NCBI GenBank assembly: GCA_965214925.1 | Contig: OZ244028.1 | Location: 3,863,009 to 3,927,008 of the forward strand | Length of the DNA: 64,000 nt | Reading direction: 5' to 3' | Origin: Candidatus Latescibacterota bacterium | Lineage (GTDB): Bacteria > Latescibacterota > UBA2968 | Shown here: piece after piece, positions 58,309-64,000 of the stretch | Numbering within the stretch: position 1 is the first letter of the stretch | How the letters are laid out: each line of letters begins with the position of its first letter | Notes under the pieces: model-generated | Databases searched by the model: none | The model's input: only the letters and a program-made list of their open reading frames with translations | What the model was told of the DNA's origin: nothing | Program-made: the position numbers and the translations under genes

Positions 58309-59606
58309 TCTTTTTCTAACACATGGATCGAAGGCGCGGCTCCCAATGTCTTATTGAGCAGACGGGCTGGCACCTCCAGTTCTTTTACCCGATCCACCAA
58401 ATCCGAATTGACCAAAACCGGCAATTGTTGTCGCAACTGGTGACACATATCTCTATCTTTAGCCAGTGTAGGCTGCATATCTTCATCATAGGTCATCAAA
58501 GGGCGGTCCAGCCAGTCCTGTTGAATCAAGTCGTCTGGCGTACTATCCCACTTTGGCGGCGCAGGAATGTCCAGATCAACACGGGTTGAGCGTCCCTCTA
58601 TAACCCGAACCTGATCAATTGATTTTGAAAAAAGCCTTGCGGCAAATCTCTTGAGATCATTTTGATTGCCCGACCCAAGCGTTGCAGAGGTCGCCATTTG
58701 TAGAATATCCGAAGAAGAAACCCCACAACGAAGGGCAAGACGCCGCAATAAGAGCGTGATTTCAGCAGCCAATGTTCCCGTGTATAAATGCGCTTCATCC
58801 AGAACCACGGCACGTAGCCCTGGCCCAAAGAATACGGAATCTTGTGGCCTACATAGCATGTATTCCAGCATGGAATAATTCGTCACAAGAATATCTGGAA
58901 CTTGGTCGAGATTAGGTGGACTTTGCTTTCCTCCTGTTTTTGGTTTTTCCTGCCCTCTGGCCTCTTGTCTGGTGCGGACGCGGCAGGCGTCCCAATCGGA
59001 TATGCCCTGACGGTCTGCCGTTCTTTTATTTTCTGGCGTTTCACTGGTAAAATGAAAAAGACGGACGTGTGTTTGGCCCTGAAGCCAACTATAGAGTCGA
59101 TTTACCTGATCATTGACCAGCGCATTCATAGGATATAAGATGATGCACTGCACACCTTCTTGTTTCGTCGGGGACGCGTAGAGCGCGTTTAGAATGGGTA
59201 ACAGAAACGCCTCTGTTTTACCTGCGCCAGTACCAGCAGTTATAACCACGGCTGGCTTTTTATCCTGTTTTTCCAAATCCTCAGCACAACATATGGCCTC
59301 ATATTGATGGGTATAGAGAGGCCGGTCAGGAGGTACAGCCCCAGTTCTATTCAATTGCTCGAGAAGCAGAGCGTCAAATCTTCCGGCATCAACCAACTTG
59401 CCCAGTGTCCAGTCAGACTGCTCTGCTGGGAAATTTCCCTCAACCCACAGATCGCTCAATAACCCGCCATTTTGTGGCGTTGAAGACCATAACTCGCGAC
59501 AAATATCGACTAACTGCGGATCATTTACAAAGTTGTTGTCCACACAAAAATCAGTCAACCTTTGACGGATATTTTCAGACAATTGTAGCGCGTCAAGTTG
59601 TGACAT
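58269..59606 (-). CDS. SF2 DEAH helicase, N-terminal part (RecA-like domain 1)
   Basis: Walker A ITAGTGAGKTEAF, motif II VVLDEAHLYTG, motif III MATSAT. It overlaps the next ORF by 40 nt. Confidence 0.7.
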   Translation of the reverse strand: MSQLDALQLSENIRQRLTDFCVDNNFVNDPQLVDICRELWSSTPQNGGLLSDLWVEGNFPAEQSDWTLGKLVDAGRFDALLLEQLNRTGAVPPDRPLYTHQYEAICCAEDLEKQDKKPAVVITAGTGAGKTEAFLLPILNALYASPTKQEGVQCIILYPMNALVNDQVNRLYSWLQGQTHVRLFHFTSETPENKRTADRQGISDWDACRVRTRQEARGQEKPKTGGKQSPPNLDQVPDILVTNYSMLEYMLCRPQDSVFFGPGLRAVVLDEAHLYTGTLAAEITLLLRRLALRCGVSSSDILQMATSATLGSGNQNDLKRFAARLFSKSIDQVRVIEGRSTRVDLDIPAPPKWDSTPDDLIQQDWLDRPLMTYDEDMQPTLAKDRDMCHQLRQQLPVLVNSDLVDRVKELEVPARLLNKTLGAAPSIHVLEKDWEEKKRLLALRK

Positions 59607-59615
59607 AAAATACTC

Positions 59616-61112
59616 CTAAAGATTGCGGATTACATCGCTAAGGATATTGACGCAAAGATAGCGATTAAAAGGCTGCACATTCATTGCTATTTCAAGGTTT
59701 TCTCGCTCAATTGCTGGCAGGGACCGCTTGTGTCCAGCTTTTACCAATTTCATACCATTTTTTGCTATATGTAAAATAAAAAAAGTGTTGACCATCATGC
59801 TTTGAGCGGCTTCATCAAGACGCTTTTTCTCCTCAATTCTGATGTCTCGGTCAGAAGTTCGTGATGGCAAATGCAGAAAGCGGCACTTAGCACTTTGCAA
59901 ATGATCAATCCATTCGGATTCCTCGAAATTTCTGTAACCCGAAACCAACAATGCCTGCAACATACGCCCCATAAAAATGGGGTTTATTATGTGTCCCAGA
60001 CGATGGAGTGCCTCTCCTAAGTTGACCAGAGGTTGATCGTGCATCATCAAATCAACAATGGCCGATGCGTGTTCAGGTGCAACATGAACCTGAGAGAATA
60101 ATCCTCCAACATTGGCAAACCATATTTCATCCTTGTCAAAGCACAGTCCTTCCGGAAGTCCTTGATTCTGTACCCAAGCGGAAAGCACAGCGACCAAGTT
60201 TGTTTCGATGAAGCGGATAACTTGCTCTTTCCATGTTGGCTTGAGGATGGGGAAATGTAACCATCGCATCATCGCTGCCACATTTTGGACGCGTTCAGTA
60301 TCCAGAAAATCCAAAATATCTATGAGATCTTCGCACCAACTTCCCATACGCTCTCCACGATACGCAATGCCGCAGGCAATCAAAGGGCTATTGACTTTCA
60401 CGAACCATTGCCGACCATTATACGCCCCGATTTCAAATTGAGACACAAGTCCATTGGGTGATACACCAATTAAGAAATGATCAGGACCTAGCTCTACATC
60501 TCTGTGCATGAAAATCTCAACAAGAGTTTCATCTATCAGCACCCGATCTATAATCCCACGGTCAATTACTTCTGTCGCTAGCGTCAACAGCTTTTCTTCT
60601 GGCAAACAGTTATAAGGTTTTTGGACTTTCAAAGGTGCGCCCAATCCCATCAATCCGCTGAGTGTTCTAGGTCGCTTCCATAACCTGCGTAAGAACCCAC
60701 TGCCTTCCATCAAAGCGAGACCTTTGAAACGCTCCCCTTGCCAATACTTTGGAACGAAAATTTGCACAGGATCGGATTCCAGTTCTTTAACTGTTATACC
60801 GCGTCCCATAAACATCGGCTCCCAATGAGCCTTTCGATCAATGACCGATCCCCTGAAGTCTAAATCAATTGGCAATCGAACCCGCTTTTTTTCTCCGTTG
60901 CGGTCCAAACGAAGCTCAATTTTGCTCCCTCGCCAGACAGCGAATGCGACCTCTGGTGTCAACTCAATCTTTTCAATTCGCCCCACCCCTGGTAGGGCTG
61001 TGACTGCGACGGGCCTTTTACAGAAAATGGCGTGCGAAATTTTGACTTTAGGAGGGATATTTTCGATAATCACATCAAATTTGTCTCCAAACTCCAATGT
61101 GGTATTTGGCAC
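59616..61112 (-). CDS. Hypothetical protein (498 aa), island component
   Basis: Long AT-rich ORF co-oriented with the helicase and tightly spaced. No recognisable motif. Confidence 0.55.
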   Translation of the reverse strand: MPNTTLEFGDKFDVIIENIPPKVKISHAIFCKRPVAVTALPGVGRIEKIELTPEVAFAVWRGSKIELRLDRNGEKKRVRLPIDLDFRGSVIDRKAHWEPMFMGRGITVKELESDPVQIFVPKYWQGERFKGLALMEGSGFLRRLWKRPRTLSGLMGLGAPLKVQKPYNCLPEEKLLTLATEVIDRGIIDRVLIDETLVEIFMHRDVELGPDHFLIGVSPNGLVSQFEIGAYNGRQWFVKVNSPLIACGIAYRGERMGSWCEDLIDILDFLDTERVQNVAAMMRWLHFPILKPTWKEQVIRFIETNLVAVLSAWVQNQGLPEGLCFDKDEIWFANVGGLFSQVHVAPEHASAIVDLMMHDQPLVNLGEALHRLGHIINPIFMGRMLQALLVSGYRNFEESEWIDHLQSAKCRFLHLPSRTSDRDIRIEEKKRLDEAAQSMMVNTFFILHIAKNGMKLVKAGHKRSLPAIERENLEIAMNVQPFNRYLCVNILSDVIRNL

Positions 61113-61161
61113 TGCCTTGATCTGAATTTTTTGTTCCCAATCGGAGAGACCAGATGTGGAT

Positions 61162-63480
61162 TTATCCGACTTTATAAAGAGGCGACCAAAAATCTTCTCC
61201 TTCCCAGGTAATTTTTAAGTCAGACGACCAACCTTTTTGCAATAAAATCAACCGCCACTTTCCTTCCCCAACAAGCCGCCAGGGATCAACAGGCGGTTCA
61301 ATATCGAGGTCTGCCAAAGTAATCAGTCCATATTGTGACTGCGTGTCCATCTGTCTTTCCCAAGCATTGATTTTGCGCCCTGATGGAAACTGAAAGACAC
61401 TGACAGCACAATCATCTTCTTCATTCCAGAGTTGGATTTCCTGCGTATAACATGTTCTGCCTCCCAAATCACATAGATGGATGACCTGCTGAGGGCTTTC
61501 AAGAGGTATATGGACTGTCTCCGGACCGCGATAGCCGCCATTGACATCTCTAAAAAGCGATCCCAAATGCCGTTCGCCTACAAAAAGATCGTAGTGATCG
61601 TCGATGAGGTCGATTAAATCAAGCCGTTGCAGAGTGCATTCAAAAAATGGCACGTCAACACCATCCCATTGAAGCCTAGGTTTCTCAATTAGCAAAATAT
61701 GTTGCTCATTATCCTCAATGTTAGGCTCGTCACCCCCATCTGCTGATCCTGTGGCAAGCTTGTTGTTAAGTTTCTCAGCCGACTTTGCAGCATCCAGCAC
61801 ATCCTTTGTTTTTTGAGGTAAAACCCAGGGATTGATATCGAGAATTTTAGCAGCCTGATCCCGCGATATGCGGTTGAAGCGAAAATCTCTCAACGTTTGG
61901 AATAGCTGATGGAAACTCTCACTTTTTAAGTGCGCTCCTAACAACAACTCGAACGCTCGAAGATTTTTATGTCCCGTCAACATCAGAGGGAGTTGTTTAA
62001 GATGGGATAAAGCAAAGCCATATTGTAATGTCATGGTGATGTAATAACTTTGCGTACCTTCCCGACCCAAAACATGCCGCAGATTAAATTTTCGACATGT
62101 AGTCTCTATCACATCTTTGAATCTTGGATTGATCCCCTGTTCACCCTGAAAAACAATTTTTCTGGCATCCTCATTTAATCGTCTGCGTACAAACGGCCAG
62201 AGCATGCTTGATACAGCTTCTCTGCGACCAATCTCCGCAGCAAAAAGAAGCAGTAAAAGACCGGTTCCCAAAGCAACTGGAGTGACATTTCCTTCCCCCC
62301 ATTCAAAGTATTGGTCATAATCATCTAGCAATGCGCGCAAAGTAGATGCGTCAATATGCTTTGCCCATAAAATCAACCATTGATACCCCTCTCGATCGAG
62401 ATGCAATTCGCATAAAGAGCGAGGCTTTGGCATAGCCTCGATGGCTTTAATAATTCGCAAGATGGCCTCACGCACTGCACTGGGATCTTTTGGATTCAAT
62501 CCACTAAAAATATTTTTGTAATGGTTTTCCTCATTTTCCATTTCTGCCAAAATCGCGTCATAATCTAAACTGCTATCCCACCGGGGGAGTGTTGTGTCTT
62601 CCAACTTGGATTCAGATGGGTTTTGTAAAATTTCCTCTTCTGCATATTTACGTAAGGCATAAACAGCACGATCTACTTTTATCACATGTGTGCCTTGCCG
62701 TGCTAAATTTTGAAGCACAGAATTGATTCTGCTGGTTGACAATCCGCCGGGAAAGTTTGGAAATAACTCCTGGGCCTTTTCTGCGATTACTTTAAAGTGG
62801 GCGGGGCATTTCAGAAAATTCAGCGTTCGAATGATGCAAGGTCTCAGGCCTTTAGGGGAGCGGTGGCTTTTCTCTGCATATAGAAATAGAATATTCCCTT
62901 CTGCTTTGCTAAGCCCGCCAGCACATGTGCTTGCAGCAATTGATAGATAGTTTTCTTTTTTTCTGTCGTATTCATTCTCCCAAAATTCCAATCCGGGAGG
63001 CCCTCCTAAGTTCTTTCCCCAATTTATCCACAGCCAGTCACTATCATAGACTTGAATTGGTTCTACCATTGCAATTGTTTTCAAAATCTGGCACAAGCCA
63101 CGACTTGTAATCCGTTTTTGAAAATAATCTTCCATCTTTTCTGCAATCATATCAGGATGCACAAGGCGCATGGATGGCAAATCAAAAAGGTTTTGTCCCA
63201 AAACATAACCAAATGTTTTCCGAAATGAAGGGCGCAAGAGCCGATCAACTGCTTTGTTAAGCCTTTGGCGTGCTCTTTCTCTTGTAACCCCCAACAACTG
63301 GCCCAATTCTTCAAGTTTATGTCCATCGAGCAACCTTCTCTCTAACAAAGTCCTTTCTTCGTCATCAAACTGAGATAACCAATAACCGTCATGGACGCGA
63401 TCAACAGGGATAGGTTTTGAATTTTGACATTGAGCACGCACTTGAAATCCATCCCAGGAAAGCACCACTTCAGCTTGCAA
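61162..63480 (-). CDS. Large hypothetical protein (772 aa) with N-terminal sigma-70 region-4-like HTH
   Basis: EERTLLERRLLDGHKLEELGQLLGVTRERARQRLNKAVDRL resembles sigma-70 r4 / LuxR-type HTH. The remainder is unassignable. Confidence 0.55.
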   Translation of the reverse strand: MQAEVVLSWDGFQVRAQCQNSKPIPVDRVHDGYWLSQFDDEERTLLERRLLDGHKLEELGQLLGVTRERARQRLNKAVDRLLRPSFRKTFGYVLGQNLFDLPSMRLVHPDMIAEKMEDYFQKRITSRGLCQILKTIAMVEPIQVYDSDWLWINWGKNLGGPPGLEFWENEYDRKKENYLSIAASTCAGGLSKAEGNILFLYAEKSHRSPKGLRPCIIRTLNFLKCPAHFKVIAEKAQELFPNFPGGLSTSRINSVLQNLARQGTHVIKVDRAVYALRKYAEEEILQNPSESKLEDTTLPRWDSSLDYDAILAEMENEENHYKNIFSGLNPKDPSAVREAILRIIKAIEAMPKPRSLCELHLDREGYQWLILWAKHIDASTLRALLDDYDQYFEWGEGNVTPVALGTGLLLLLFAAEIGRREAVSSMLWPFVRRRLNEDARKIVFQGEQGINPRFKDVIETTCRKFNLRHVLGREGTQSYYITMTLQYGFALSHLKQLPLMLTGHKNLRAFELLLGAHLKSESFHQLFQTLRDFRFNRISRDQAAKILDINPWVLPQKTKDVLDAAKSAEKLNNKLATGSADGGDEPNIEDNEQHILLIEKPRLQWDGVDVPFFECTLQRLDLIDLIDDHYDLFVGERHLGSLFRDVNGGYRGPETVHIPLESPQQVIHLCDLGGRTCYTQEIQLWNEEDDCAVSVFQFPSGRKINAWERQMDTQSQYGLITLADLDIEPPVDPWRLVGEGKWRLILLQKGWSSDLKITWEGEDFWSPLYKVG

Positions 63481-64000
63481 TCCCCAATATTGAGAAAAAA
63501 AAAAAACGTACGCATATAGGAGGCGGATATGTTCTTATCGCCTAATTTTTCGACCATCCCGACCAGTTCCAAAAGGCCCCATAGCTTGTCTGTCTCCAAT
63601 TGATAGGGACTGGATATCAACCGGCAGATTCTCTCGCCAAGCGTATCAGTGATAGGTTCTTTTAAGTCTGCATGCAAGCACCATGTCAGCAGATATCCAC
63701 AGGCCGACTCGATCAGCGTTTTTAGCGGTATAAATCCCTTGGGCGGAAATTTGTCTTTGGGCTCAAGCGCAACATAAGCGGGATGATGAAGCAAAACCTT
63801 TTCCACTTGTGATAGCGAGACAACATATTCATCGTTTCCATGATCAATCCAATCATAGATTCGTGCTGCTGTACGCGCAGGCGCAGAAATTTTTGCGGTC
63901 CAACCGAGCAATCTTTCAAGATGTTTTGAGGCTACGGGCACTGAACTGTCAAAGCTGTTATCCACACCCTCAACTGTTGTTTTAACGGTCTTGTACGGAT
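63342..64000 (-). CDS. Hypothetical protein, 5' partial (frame open to window edge)
   Basis: ORF continues upstream beyond 64000. Its 3' end overlaps the start of the 772-aa gene across an A13 homopolymer (63494-63506), so the true stop is uncertain. Confidence 0.3.
   Translation of the reverse strand, partial: PYKTVKTTVEGVDNSFDSSVPVASKHLERLLGWTAKISAPARTAARIYDWIDHGNDEYVVSLSQVEKVLLHHPAYVALEPKDKFPPKGFIPLKTLIESACGYLLTWCLHADLKEPITDTLGERICRLISSPYQLETDKLWGLLELVGMVEKLGDKNISASYMRTFFFFLNIGDCKLKWCFPGMDFKCVLNVKIQNLSLLIASMTVIGYLSLMTKKGLC

Noticed and set aside
1-64000. Searched for CRISPR arrays, tRNA/rRNA genes, IS elements and long direct repeats
   Set aside because: No regularly spaced repeats, no tRNA-like cloverleaf candidates in intergenic regions and no transposase or integrase motifs were found. 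Island boundaries could not be defined by direct repeats.

Overview
This is a GC-rich (~60%) bacterial chromosomal segment, most likely from a sulfatase-rich lineage of the Planctomycetota/Verrucomicrobiota/Lentisphaerota type. Conserved housekeeping genes are present: dxs, mutY, aroC, the rplM-rpsI pair, an rpsB-tsf-frr cluster and a GyrA/ParC-like topoisomerase. There is also a set of glycan- and sulfate-ester-processing genes (two formylglycine-type sulfatases, a heparinase II/III-like protein, a beta-helix protein, Gfo/Idh/MocA oxidoreductases, a PmoA-family protein, epimerases). The window is densely punctuated by AT-rich (~40-48% GC) insertions carrying defence and addiction functions. 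These are: a convergent Type II R-M pair (7.4-9.9 kb); an orphan Dam-family methyltransferase next to a decayed vapBC-like TA pair (15.4-17.0 kb); a complete Type III mod-res system whose target-recognition region is compositionally foreign (38.1-42.3 kb); a HepT/MNT TA pair (48.1-48.7 kb); and a GmrSD (DUF262/DUF1524) type-IV-restriction remnant (50.1-50.7 kb). The most striking one is an island of at least 8.6 kb downstream of rplM (55.4-64.0 kb, running off the window edge). It encodes a split SF2 DEAH helicase, a DUF1998-like zinc-ribbon protein, a 498-aa unknown protein and a 772-aa protein with a sigma-70 region-4-like HTH. This is my candidate for a previously undescribed helicase-based defence system that resembles Druantia/DISARM but matches neither gene set. 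Other notable items are tandem membrane-anchored CutA-like paralogs, a short solitary topoisomerase IIA A-subunit, and a Rieske / di-haem DUF1111 / outer-membrane barrel module. No rRNA, tRNA or CRISPR array was detected. All identifications come from motif-level reading of the ORF translations; no database search was possible. I noticed single-base discrepancies between the printed sequence and the ORF track in homopolymer runs, so no claim here rests on an exact homopolymer length.
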